A stretch of DNA of 63,401 nucleotides, counting the filler, from Hausera hauseri (Eukaryota): assembly GCA_046269625.1 (NCBI GenBank). It is 11 parts of 11 records of this genome, joined end to end, with 100 filler letters (N's around TTAATTAATTAA, not from the genome) between each part and the next. Parts side by side here need not be neighbours in the genome. Positions count along the whole stretch, not along the records: positions 48,787 to 53,930 come from JBJURY010322939.1; positions 54,031 to 58,627 come from JBJURY010511905.1; positions 58,728 to 63,401 come from JBJURY010480465.1; 8 more parts are not named here. The stretch is one strand, 5' to 3'. Below, piece after piece: positions 51,949 through 63,401 of this stretch (position 1 is its first letter; every line of letters begins with the position of its first letter). A program made the translations under genes and the position numbers. Under the pieces are notes generated by a model that searched no databases, was not told the origin of the DNA, and saw only the letters and a list, made by a program, of their open reading frames with translations.

Positions 51949-53930
51949 ATGCAATCCTATTCCACCATTGGCACTACGGACGATCCTGCTAAACCTAAAT
52001 CGATTATTTACCTCAAAAAACAATGTAACCTTAAACCATCAATAACTCCTCAAAACTCTTGTAAGACTTCTCTGTATGAGCAAACGGATATCAACCCATC
52101 TCAGTGTACCGAATATTTTATTGACAACCAAAATTCTAGCAAAACTTGATTGCAGTTTCACCAACTATGGCTTGAATCTTGCGACATTACTGATTTTTTG
52201 GCTAAGGCTAACAATCTTCTATTCCTCCTCTCAACCAACATCAAAACTCGTATCCACAATCTTATGGATATTTTTCAGCAGGCCGACCCTTATACTCAGC
52301 TTTATATACTCTATAATTCATCGCTTCTTTAATCATAATGCAATGGGAACACAAAAGCCTTCTGAATTTCTGCGTATGTCGTTGACTCACCTTCAAACGC
52401 TAGGTGTAACCAAGCAGCACAATTCCGACCTTCTGCGACGATATTTCTTAAACGCGTTGCCTACACAAATTAGGGCACTTTTTACCGTTGTTGAGGAATC
52501 TACGGTGTTGGATAAATTAACCGAATTAGCTCATAAAGCACATGAAGTGCTACAATTGAATTCCCAACCAATTGTATCAGCCGCGGTCACAACAAGCGAC
52601 AACCAACTCAATACATCAATAGAGCAACGGTTGAGCCAACTATGCGTTTAAAACTTGGCACGACAACAGACAATAAATAACATTAATAATAGGTTAAACG
52701 ATCTTTCATTACCACGACGAAGTGTCCTTTTTTAACCTTACCCGTTCTGTTTCCAAAAATCGGTCACCATCGCCTACACGATCTTATGTATGCTATTATC
52801 ATAACACATTTAATAATAAAGCTAATAAATGCTGTTTAGGGTGTAGATATTACACTCCACATTTACATTCAGACAAAATTGTTTGCATCTATCGTGCGAA
52901 ATTTGGATTTCACGCTCAGTGTCTTTCAGGGTGCAACTATAAGAACAACGCTAACCATACCACCGGCAGAAGTTCTATTTCCCCTTGTAATAGTCGGCCG
53001 ATCTCACCAATTCAAAAAAACTAATTTCGCCGCCAGTACTCACGGCAGAGTCTGGCAAAGGCAACTTCCCTAACACTAACTGCCGATACACTTGCAGTTT
53101 TTACACTAAAGGCTTCGATAACCACACCAACAACTCAATCTGTAGACTTTCTTATTGACACGGGTGCTGCGGTTTCTTTGCTGTTACTCTCCTTCTCTGT
53201 ACAAAATTCACCATTCAAAACTAAATTATTATTTACGGCTTCCGGACTACCGCTCGACATTTTAGGTACATCTAAATTATCGTTCACCTTACCAAAATTT
53301 CACTCCCAGTTTCATTAGCCGTTTACCGTCGATAACGTCCGCACAGTTATACTAGGTTCCGATTTCTTATCCCACTTTAATCTTTTAGTTGATTGCAAAC
53401 AACAATGTCTGAAAAGTAACACTACTGGATAACGTACCAAGCAAATAAACAGTATATCCGCTATAGCGTGAACGATTTTCCGACAGAAATCTATACTCAA
53501 ACATCCTATAACTAATCTAAACTTCTTCAACAAGCATTTTTCATTTCGTAAATTTTTAATGATAATATTGATATCTCGTGGAGATTTGGCTTTGGCAACT
53601 ACGGTTGTGTTAGTTCGGTACCTTCCCTAGACAAAATTACCTCTTCGAACACTATTTTCAATACTACTATCCTACATTAAATTCCACTTGATTTCACTAG
53701 CTCAAAATTCACTCGTCACTGCATATATTAACTCAATACTCCTCCCAACACCCAATGTCACAATTGCCTGCAAGCCTACGGCAATACATGCGCACTTCAT
53801 GTCCCCGTTTAATCCAAAAGGGCCGATCTTTCACTTCTACGGGTAGCACTATTCATCACATCATAACGCAACATGAACGACCTATTCGTCAAAAGGTGCG
53901 TCCATTGTCACATCGTCGTAGGAAAACTGA
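51949..53930 (+). mobile_element. Ty3/Gypsy element copy 3: decayed gag, protease, start of RT
   Basis: MGTQKPSEFLR..FLNALP..LDKLTEL; CYYH..KCCLGC and CIYR..CLSGC; FLIDTGAAVSLL; HHIITQHERPIRQKVRPLS. Confidence 0.92.
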
Positions 53931-54030
53931 NNNNNNNNNNNNNNNNNNNNNNNNNNNNNNNNNNNNNNNNNNNNTTAATTAATTAANNNNNNNNNNNNNN
54001 NNNNNNNNNNNNNNNNNNNNNNNNNNNNNN

Positions 54031-57000
54031 ACGTTGAGGTACTTGATGACGTTGGAATTGTTGTAGGTATGGTTGATTCAATACTCGAAGTCACAGTGCT
54101 TGTTGTCGTTGGAATTGTTGTCGATGTGGTCGGTACCATAGTAGATGTTGAGGTACTTGTTGACTTTGGAATTTCTGTAGATGTGCTTGGTACTATACTA
54201 GACGTTGAGGTACTTGATGACGTTGGAATTGTTGTAGGTATGGTTGATTCAATACTCGAAGTCACAGTGCTTGTTGTCATTGGAATTGCTGTAGTTGTGG
54301 TCGGTGCCATACTAGACGTTGAAGTACTTGTTGTCACTGGAATTTCTGTAGATGTGGTTGGGACTATACTAGACGTTGAGGTACTTGATGTCGTTGGAAT
54401 TGTTTTAGATATGGTTGATTCAATACTCGAAGTCACAGTGCTTGTTGTCGTTGAAATTGCTGTCGACGTGGTCGGTACCATAGGAGATGTGGAAGTACTT
54501 GTTGTGGTTGGAATTTCTGTAGAAGTGGTTGGTACTATACTAGATTTTGACGTACTTGCTGTCGTTGGAACTGTTGTAGATATGGTTGATTCAATACTCG
54601 ACTTCACAGTACTTGCTGTCGTTGGAATTTTTGTCGATGTGGTCGGTACCATATTAAATGTTGAGGTACTTGTCGTCTTTGCAATAGTTGTCGATGTCAC
54701 AGTGCTTGTTGCCTTTGGAATTTTTGTCGATGTCAAAGTGCTTGTTGTCGTTGGAATTGTTGTCGATCTGGTCGGTACCATACTAGACGTTGAGGTACTT
54801 CTTGTCGTTGGAATTTCTGTCGATTTGGTTGGTACTATACTGGGCGTTGAGGTACTTGATTTCGTTGGAATTGGTGTAGATATGGTTGATTGAATACTCG
54901 AAGTCACAGTGCTTGTTGTCGTTGAAATTGTTGTATTTATGGTAGACACAATACTCGACTGCACAGTCCTTGTTGTCGTTGGAATTGTTGTCGGTGTGGT
55001 CGGTACCATACTAGACGTTGAGGTACTTCTTGTCTTTGGAATTTCTGTTGATCTGGTTGGTACTATACTAGGCGTTGAGGTACTTGATTTCGTTGGAATT
55101 GTTGTAGATATGGTTGATTCAATACTCGAATTCACAGTGCTTGTTGTCGTTGGAATTTCTGTCGATGTCACAGTGCTTGTTACTGTTGGAATTGCTGTTG
55201 ATGTCGTCGGTACAATAGTATATGTTGGGGTACTTGTTGTCGTTGGAATTACTGTCGAGGACTCAGTATTTGTTGACGTTGGAATTGCTGTCGATGTGGT
55301 CGGTACTATAGTAGATGTTGATGCACTTGTTGTAGTTGAAATTTCTGTCGATGTGATTGGTACTATTCTAGACGTTGAGGTACTTGTCGTCATTGGAATA
55401 GTTGTCGATATCACAGTGCTTGTTGACGTTGGAATTGCTGTCGATGTGGTCGGTACCATAGTGTATATTGAGGTACTTGTCGTCATTGGAATAGTTGTCG
55501 ATGTCACAATGCTTGTTATCGTTGGAATTACTGTCGATGTCATAGTGCTTGTTGACGCTGGAATTGCTGTCGATGTGGTCGGTACCATAGTATATGTTGA
55601 GGTACTTGTTGTCTTTCGAATTTCTGTCGACGTCACAGTGCTTTTTATCGTTGGAATTTCTGTCGATGTCATAGTACTTCTTGTCGTTGGAATTACTGTC
55701 GATGTCATAGTGCTTGTTGTCGCTGGAATTGCTGTCGATGTGGTCGGTACCATAGTGTATGTTGAGGTACTTGCCGTCATTGGAATAGTTGTCGATGTCA
55801 CAGTGCTTGTTGTCGTTGGAATTGTTGTCGATATGGTCGGTACCATACTAAATTTTGAGGTACTTGTTGTCTTTGGAATTTCTGTCGATATGGTTGGTAC
55901 TGTACTAGACGTTGATGTACTTCTCGTCTTTGGAATAGTTGCCGATGTCATCGGTACCATACTCAATGTCATAATGCTAGTTTTCGTTGGAATTGCTCTC
56001 GATATAACTGGTAACATACGAGACGTGACGGCACCTGTTGTCGTTGGAATTATTGTATATATGTTTGATTCAATACTATATGTCACTCTGTTTGTTGACC
56101 TTGGAATTGTTGTCGATGTGGTCGCTACCACACTCGATGTCGAAGTACTTGTTGTCGTTGGATTTGTTGTCTTTATGGATGCTATCATACTAGATTTTCC
56201 GGTACTTGTATTCTTCAGAATTGTTGTCGATGTCGTTGGTACCATATTGGACGATGTCGTGCTTGTTCTCGTTGGAATTGTTATCGATGTGGTTGGAGCC
56301 AAATTATTCGTTGGGATAATACGTTGTGGAAATGTAGTCATTGTGATTGGCGGTATGATTGGAGAACTCGTTTTTATTGATGTAGAAATGACATTTGTTG
56401 CTGTGTTTGTTAATGTTTTTGAATAAGTCATTTTAGTTGATGAAATGCTTCTAGACAATTCGGTTATATTGATTTTTTTTGATACATTAGTTGAATTTGT
56501 AGTCCTGTTTTGTAGACGTATGGACATTGAAATTGGTGACATAGTGGAAAATATTGAAGTCGAAGGATGTGATTCGTTTGGATAAATTGTAGCAGTTGTG
56601 CGCATAGAAGAGTTTGTAGATTCAGTTGACCCTGCTGTTGCTGTCGTTGTAGGAAGTATATTGGTCGTCATGTTTGCTTGCGTACTTTTATTCCTGTTAT
56701 CATCTGTGCTGTTAGACTTACTTGATGAAAGTATAGTATTGGTACTTTCAAATTTCGTTCTTACCGTTTGTAGTGTTGAAGTTGAAGAAATAGTTGGTCT
56801 ACTGTTTGAAACCATTGTTTGAATAATTTTATCCGGTATGTTTGAAAACATAATGGAAGACATTAAGGAAAACGAATTTGTCTTTTTTGAATCTGTAATC
56901 TTTTCATGTTTCGCCGAACTTTGTGATGTCACAGATGATGTCTTTGTAGTCGTAGTTGGAGGAACCTTAAATACCGTACTGGACATGATACTTGGCACAG

Positions 57001-58084
57001 GTTTAGTTTCTGTTTTATACGATATTCTTAAGGAATTTTCAATGGATGTCTGCGCATTTGTATGAATTGACGTTGATATCGAACCTGTAGACGGGGCAAT
57101 GAAAGATGCTGTACTCTTAATATGAGGATCATTTGTTTCAGAAGAAAACGTATCGTATTTACTTGTTAAAGTTGAAGTCGAAAATTGTGAACTGCTGTTG
57201 AGAGAATCCATCATCAAACTTGACGTTACTTTAGATATTTTGTTTGAAGTTTGAGGGAAAATGTTAAGTGTACTTAAAGTCATACTGGTGGAAACGGTAA
57301 ATGAATTTTCTGACGTTTCGTTTGGAAATGTTGATAAAAACGATTGTAATTTCATACTTGAATTAGTAGATGAAACTGTACCAGTATTAATTGACGTTGT
57401 TGCTGAGGAAATTATGGACTTTTCTTTCGAGATATTATCAGGATTAATTGTAGTTAGTGTTCCTTCTGTTAGATTTGTATAAATGTTTTGTAAGGTTGAA
57501 CTTTGATTAATGTCCGTTACAATTTGTGAAGAAATTGTTTCATTGATTATAGTTATCGGACCTGAAGAATCACGTCCGTTAAGTGTCGTTTCAATTGATT
57601 TATCCGTAGTTATTGGCTTGGATTCTGAAGTAGAAAAAGAGCTTTTACTTGTTTCATCTGTCGTATTTGACATGTTTATAATTAAAGTATCTTGTGTACT
57701 GTTTGAGATAGATTCAGTCATTTTGAATATCGTAGTTTGAAATGTGCTTACGTTCGGTGATGTCGTCATATCTGTCACAATTTCACTAGTTTTAGATCGC
57801 GTCAATAGTACCGGATAGGTTGACAATTTCAATCTGTTGAAGCTTGTTATGTGTTCTTTATTATTTGCAACTGTTACAGTTGATTTTGATGATGACGAAG
57901 TTATTGTAGTAAAATGATTGGAACAGACACAGTTCATGAAAAAAATATGATTCCATTGTTTTTTGCACTGACAAAATGGTATTGTTTGTAAATTCGAAAC
58001 ACCGATGTAACAGAGTCCATTAGAAATATTAAACTTGAAGGTTGTCACATTACGACTTAATGCATAAACTGCACAATGAACCAT
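54031..58084 (-). CDS. Mucin-like protein: Cys-rich (PAN/apple-like) N-terminal part and long Thr/Ser/Pro repeats; C-terminus missing
   Basis: About 1350 open codons; HCAVYA..TFKFNISNGLCYIG; 19-aa (57-nt) repeats in 171-nt higher-order units. True start unclear. Confidence 0.85.
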
Positions 58085-58785
58085 ACTTCGTCTACTGAGT
58101 ATTTCAGCTGCATGTGAAATGTTATACTTCCTGCAGATCCATCTAATCTGATTTTTGTCTCACTACTTAATATCTCATACAACAAACGTATGAAATATTC
58201 CAGGAGATTAGATTCGAACATTGATCTAGATTTAATGCCCATGACACCGATCTGTACAGCTGTTGGGGGTTTTGTGGATGATGTATACATACAGCAACTT
58301 CAGTTCAAACATAACCATTATCGCAATTAAATATATATATTACCACTTTGATTAATATAAAATTAAGTATACAATCATGTGTTATAAATGTATTATAAAA
58401 TGGACATGTGAATATAAACTTTATTACAACAACATTTAGTCTGAATCTTTATCCCTCTTGTCCACCCATGCTGCCAACCATGCATTACTATACTTTTCAC
58501 CGCCAATGCTTTGCAATAAAGATATTTTACATGTAAATATCTTCCTGTTTTCGTACTATAAGGCAGCATTGTTCGATCGGTTTCTGCAAACTAGACAATT
58601 TTTCTTGACTTGCATCTAACCGACAAANNNNNNNNNNNNNNNNNNNNNNNNNNNNNNNNNNNNNNNNNNNNTTAATTAATTAANNNNNNNNNNNNNNNNN
58701 NNNNNNNNNNNNNNNNNNNNNNNNNNNGACGTATACTCAATTCAAACTCAGTGAAGAATGAAAGTTCATATTAAGAAAAACTGAC

Positions 58786-59460
58786 ATGCAACTGATGAAT
58801 TTAATCACAAAAATACCGAAGTTACACGATTCAGTGAAATATTTTAACTACATCGAGATTACAATTATGTTGATAAAAAATTATTTCAAACGATTAATAA
58901 ACATTTCGGAATATATCGACAATTTCAAAAACAAAACACTCAGCTGTCGTTCAACTCAATTCGATAAATTGGAATTATTTATGAAGATGTCTGCTCCATT
59001 TCTACGTGATTTTAACATAAATTGTAATAATTCTAAGAATAAATTTACACAGAAAATGATGCTGAAAGAACGCTTTATTTACGTTCTTAAAAAAGCGAAA
59101 GAACAAAGAACACGTTTGAAATCGTACGTCAAGAATCTGAGAGATAAAATACATTGCGTCGAAAGGAAATTACAAATGTCAAACGAATTGATACAAAAAC
59201 AAAGTACTACAAATTTCAATGAAGATGTATTATCGATGAGAAACGACATTTAGTCAATCTACCCGAATAATGATGGGAATGAACGAAAATATTTTGAAAA
59301 CAGAAATTCTGAATTAGAAAGTATAAAGGACGAAGAAAAACGCCATAAAATTTTTCACAACAAATTTCAGGAATTAATTGGAAATTTATACGTCTATTGT
59401 CGAATTAAACCAAGTCCGTACAGTTGTCTAAAATTATTGTATGAAGATAAAATTATGGTG
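58786..59460 (+). pseudogene. Kinesin-14 coiled-coil/neck fragment
   Basis: After the stop at 59253 the frame reads EEKRHKIFHNKFQELIGNLYVYCRIKP, the kinesin-14 neck (LHN..QELKGNIRVFCRVRP); motor domain absent. Confidence 0.75.
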
Positions 59461-59739
59461 TCGATTAAAAAGATTGTACAAAATGAAATAAAACATGTAG
59501 ATAAATTCATGTCAGAAAAAATTGTTACGAATTTAATGAGTTCGATTGTTAAATTGCCGATTTTACTCTGTTCATTAAAGAGTTATGATCTATATATGAA
59601 TTTCAAAGATATTAACACACATGTCGGTAATGTGTTATTATTTACCACCATTTCAAAAATTTATTTTTATAACGTATTAATTTTCCTCACAGTTGCAGTA
59701 ATGTATTTTGGTAATGTATTATTATTTATCACAGTTGTA

Positions 59740-60470
59740 GTTTACCCAACCGATCAAAAGAGAGAAGCACTATTGTTGCTGGCTCATATTTTTCAGCGAA
59801 AAATTTGTCAAGATAGTGGGACGTTTTCCTCAAATTCCGGTCGAATTAATAAATTGCCAGATGAACAACTTATTGGAATATTAAAATACCACGAATTAAA
59901 GGCAAAAGGTAATCCAGAGGTTTTACGTAAAGGATTGAAGGAATTTATGAAACGACAAACAAAAAATGACACTGATCAAAATGCTGAATCGTTGTCTATT
60001 GAATCATTATATTCTTATTTTCTTATGATTGATTTCGAGGTAACTTGTGATAAAATGAATAATCGATTTAAACACAAAATTATCAAATTTTTGATTATAC
60101 TTTATGATGTAGTTTTAAATCGCAAATTTGAAACTACAAAAATGGTTAAATAAACACCATGTTTTCGGAATCATTCACTATTGTTTGATATTGTAATATT
60201 GATATGGCGAAATTCATGAGAATTCAGTGTGAAATCCGTGGTATTGAATTTCCATCATGGTGTAAACAACGGAATAACATAACAAAAAGTTTTCGACAAT
60301 TCTATAAGATATCTAGTTTATTGAAACCCAATTTACAAAAAATGTTGAACAGTCTTGGATTAGCGTTCAAAAGTCAACAACACAAGGGACTGAACGATGC
60401 AGAAAATGCTCCCCGAATCACCGAAATAATTCTAAACGACAGATGTGGTCTGCAGATAAACGAAAAGTTC
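59740..60470 (+). pseudogene. ERI1: ERI1 3'-5' exoribonuclease fragment (SAP + DEDDh) with internal deletion
   Basis: SAP RINKLPDEQL..LKAKGNPEVLRKGLK; YFLMIDFEVTC; DMAKFMRIQC..MLNSLGL..HKGLNDAEN..LQINEK. Confidence 0.85.
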
Positions 60471-60529
60471 GATAAGAGTTCGCCGCATTTTACAGCAACT
60501 ATATCCAGGAAAGAAGATGAATCAATGAT

Positions 60530-62262
60530 GGTAATTTATAAAGATATTCGTATGAAAGAAAATCAAATGGTAGATGAAATGGAACAAATCAGCACAATAG
60601 TTGGTAAGAAATTACAACGTCGAGGGCAATTGCAGCTGACAAATAATGATTATAAAACAACTAAACGCGGTGGTGCGAGTGTAAGAGCACGAGCCCAAAA
60701 GGATTTAAAAAGAGTAATGCAAAAAATTCAAAGTGTACCAAATCGATTTGAAAACATTAAGTCTCAATACGAAAAAGCCCGTTCACTTGAGGATGATGTT
60801 GCAAATAACCTTAGTTATGCTGAACATCGTCGGAATGAATTATTTACGAAACAGGGCCGAGTTAATCAATTTCAAAGCAGAACACAAAAAGACGAATGGA
60901 TTAAGGAATAAATGAAGAGTTTAAATAAAGCGATAAAAGATAACGAAAATACAATTAAAAATTGTCGGATGAAATCGATTTGGATTCTAATCGAATCGAA
61001 GTTCTAAACAAAGAACTGGTTGGTGCTGAAGCCAGTATTGAAGGAGTTCGAATGGAATTGGAAGCGGTGCCCGAGGAGTTACGTAAATTCCGCCGAGAGA
61101 AAGATGAGGTCCAAGCAAATCGACAGACAGTTTATCGACAAGAAAGTAAAGTTCAACAGCAGTTAAACAATTTGCGTGATGAGCTCGATCAAACTGAACA
61201 CAATTTGAGGTCGATTATCGGCAAAAGTATATTAAACGGTTTGAATTCTGTCATACGCGTTATTGAGATATTTTGTGAAAAATTTGGTTCAGAATGTGTC
61301 ATCGTTAATGGATACTATGGCACATTGATTGAATTGATTAACTATTTAGACACGTTTAATGCGAGCGTTGAAGTTACCGTCGGTACGAGATTGTTTTATC
61401 ATGTTGTCGAAAATGAAGAACTCGTTATAAAAATTCTCCAAGAAGTGAACAAACACAAATTTCCGGGAGAAATTAATTTCTTCCCGATCAATCGATTGCA
61501 TGCCAGAGAATCTACATATCCGGATACGAACGATGTAATTCCAATGATATCGAAACTTGAGTTTGACAATCAATTTCATAATGTGATGCTGTACCATTTT
61601 GAAAAGACTTTGGTTTGTAGAAGTATTGAAATTGCTGTGCAGTTGACTAAAAGTTTAAATTTTGTTTGCGTTACGCTTGATGGTGTTCAGGTTTCTCGAA
61701 GAGGAACCCTTACCGGTAGCTACTATGATCAAAGATTGTTAAGACTTGAATTACAAAAAAGAAGCAGAAAACGGAGACGGAAATTCAGGAAACGGGGAAT
61801 GTACAACAGAATAACATTAAACGAAAAGAAACGTTAAATTCTAAAATTAATGACATTATCGACGAACTTCAACGAAAAGAGACGATTCAGTCGAAACACG
61901 AATTGACATTTGATAAGTTGAAGAAAGATATCCATATTTGGAAGAAAGAATTGCATGCAAAAACTGAGGATAAACCTCAGAAGGAATGGGAATTGACGTC
62001 GTTGAAACACGATCTGGAACAGATGAAATATACAAGGAAATCGTATCAAATTGAACTTGGAACAGAATTGAGTCAACTATCGCCTACGAAACAACGGGAA
62101 GTTGATAGACTGAATGAGAAAATACAATGTCTGACTGCCAGTGCCAAGGAGGCTTACAGCGCAAGGATGGAATTGGAAGCAGAAAAAACAGAAAATGAAA
62201 CTTTATTGTATCGTAATTTAATAAGAAAAAAGGATCAATTAGAAGCCAAATTGACTGAATTG
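60530..62262 (+). pseudogene. SMC3: Cohesin SMC3 coiled-coil and hinge fragment, intron-less, with stop and frameshifts
   Basis: LFTKQGRVNQFQS..DEWIKE; GYYGTLIE..VEVTVGTRLFYHVVE..PGEINFFPINRL..PMISKL..TLDGVQVSRRGTLTGSYYD; ELGTELSQLS. Confidence 0.93.
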
Positions 62263-62400
62263 ACCAATTTGTTAAATGTTGAAGTCAATGGATTGGAAGA
62301 TGGATACGAAAAGAGAAACTTAGATGGCAGTGGTTTAAAAGTTCATTTAATTGAACGTCTAAATAAATATGACAAAGAACAAGAATCAAAAGAAGCTTCA
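62263..62400 (+). pseudogene. SAP-domain fragment fused after the SMC3 fragment
   Basis: [28 protein letters not shown] resembles the SAP consensus LKVxELKxELxxRGLxxxGxKxxLIxRL. Confidence 0.55.
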
Positions 62401-62520
62401 AGAAGGGCCGATGCCATACCAAGACCAATTGAAAATGACGAGAATTTAAAAGGTAACAGATAGTACACAAAATGTTTTTCAAAGTTATGCTTAATATCAT
62501 CTTCCTTGAACATTATGTCT

Positions 62521-62900
62521 GTGTGTCCTCCAATGCCAACATTAATACCATAGTCATCCAGGACCTTTCCATCATTGATCCTATTATGGAGCTGGTTGGG
62601 TGTGGAGTTGAGCGAGTGTCCGCCTCCATCGTCTTCGTCAGAGTCATAGTCATCAAGAATGGGAGTTTCGCGAATGGGCATTCCAATAACAGAGCCGCCA
62701 TGCTGGTGAGTGCCTCGAGAACCACGATAGCTGTCACGGCCCTGCGGACCAAGCAGGATGGAGGGAATATAGTGAATCTCATGGGTGGCCTCAGTGCTAG
62801 CGCTCTTCTGAGGAATCCGGCGACGCTTGCACCAACGGTGGCGGGTATACAGGACAAGGGTGAAGAGAAGAATCAGAAGGAGGAGGGCAATAAGACCTCC
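62521..62900 (-). CDS. ASTN2: Astrotactin-2 internal exon (vertebrate, probably fish), 3' end cut at a junction
   Basis: Acceptor TTTTCTTAG, then [70 protein letters not shown], nearly identical to vertebrate ASTN2; no stops. The junction position is approximate. Confidence 0.92.
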
Positions 62901-63401
62901 CTAAGAAAAAAAAGGAGAGGAAAATGTGAAGTTAAAAGAAGCTGTGCAATTGGACAATGTCAGTGATGTGAAATGGCACAGAAACTTGGAGAAGCGCTTT
63001 GAAATCAAAGCAAAGGAACAGAAGAAGAATGAGGACGATGAAGAAACCCATGGACATTGGTACGTTGGGTTGTTCTTCTAACTGCTTGACAGTCCAGTTT
63101 GTTTGGTCTTTTTCCTGATGGTTCTTGGTTTTATATAATTTCTTTAAAATGCTCCTTCCATTTCACCTTATTTTCCAACTTCATTTATTGTCTTCACAGA
63201 TCTTGTTACCAACACGGACAACCCAACACCTCCTCAAACCGTAAGTGAACAAAAACTAAACGTTCTGAAATAATTAGACGTCAAGAGAAAGGCTCTATGT
63301 TTAAAAAAACTGACAAATATATAAAGAACAATCACTATCTGTTCATTATGGGACTAAGAACTCAAAAGGTATTGAACTGTTTGAGATGAAAGTCTGATGT
63401 A

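Noticed and set aside
54069-56426. Long V/I/D/G-rich plus-strand ORFs
   Set aside because: Antisense shadows of Thr/Ser codon repeats.
62472-62966. 164-aa plus-strand ORF
   Set aside because: Antisense to the ASTN2 exon.

Overview
This is not one locus. It is 11 unrelated contigs joined by 100-nt artificial linkers (44 N + TTAATTAATTAA + 44 N). Contigs: 1-6022, 6123-12427, 12528-18737, 18838-23643, 23744-34789, 34890-39201, 39302-43704, 43805-48686, 48787-53930, 54031-58627, 58728-63401. Most of the DNA is AT-rich animal (invertebrate, possibly flatworm) genomic sequence dominated by decayed mobile elements. All protein identifications are by eye from remembered family motifs; no search was run. 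Main observations: (1) Three copies of a Ty3/Gypsy family (CsRN1-like, twin CHCC knuckles) carry a ubiquitin-like domain ending in (P/L)R(I/V)RGG directly before Gag. (2) Each of those copies is preceded by an intron-less mosaic of host gene fragments (NOG1-PTCD1-FRY; kinase-Tudor-ankyrin; TAF1 and others), and a fourth mosaic (kinesin-14-ERI1-SMC3-SAP) is on the last contig. (3) Two diverged copies of a second LTR family have an env-like type-I membrane protein whose TGA sits in a 43-nt near-invariant block with a CARYYA readthrough context, followed by a ~810-codon RING-finger ORF, PPT and LTR. (4) A 4.8-kb TCACGTGA/CCAAT satellite is related to a putative Maverick terminus. (5) Vertebrate DNA, including an astrotactin-2 exon, is joined directly to invertebrate-type DNA. 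Also present: mariner, piggyBac, MITEs, DGAT1 exons, a C2-domain exon and a mucin-like ORF.
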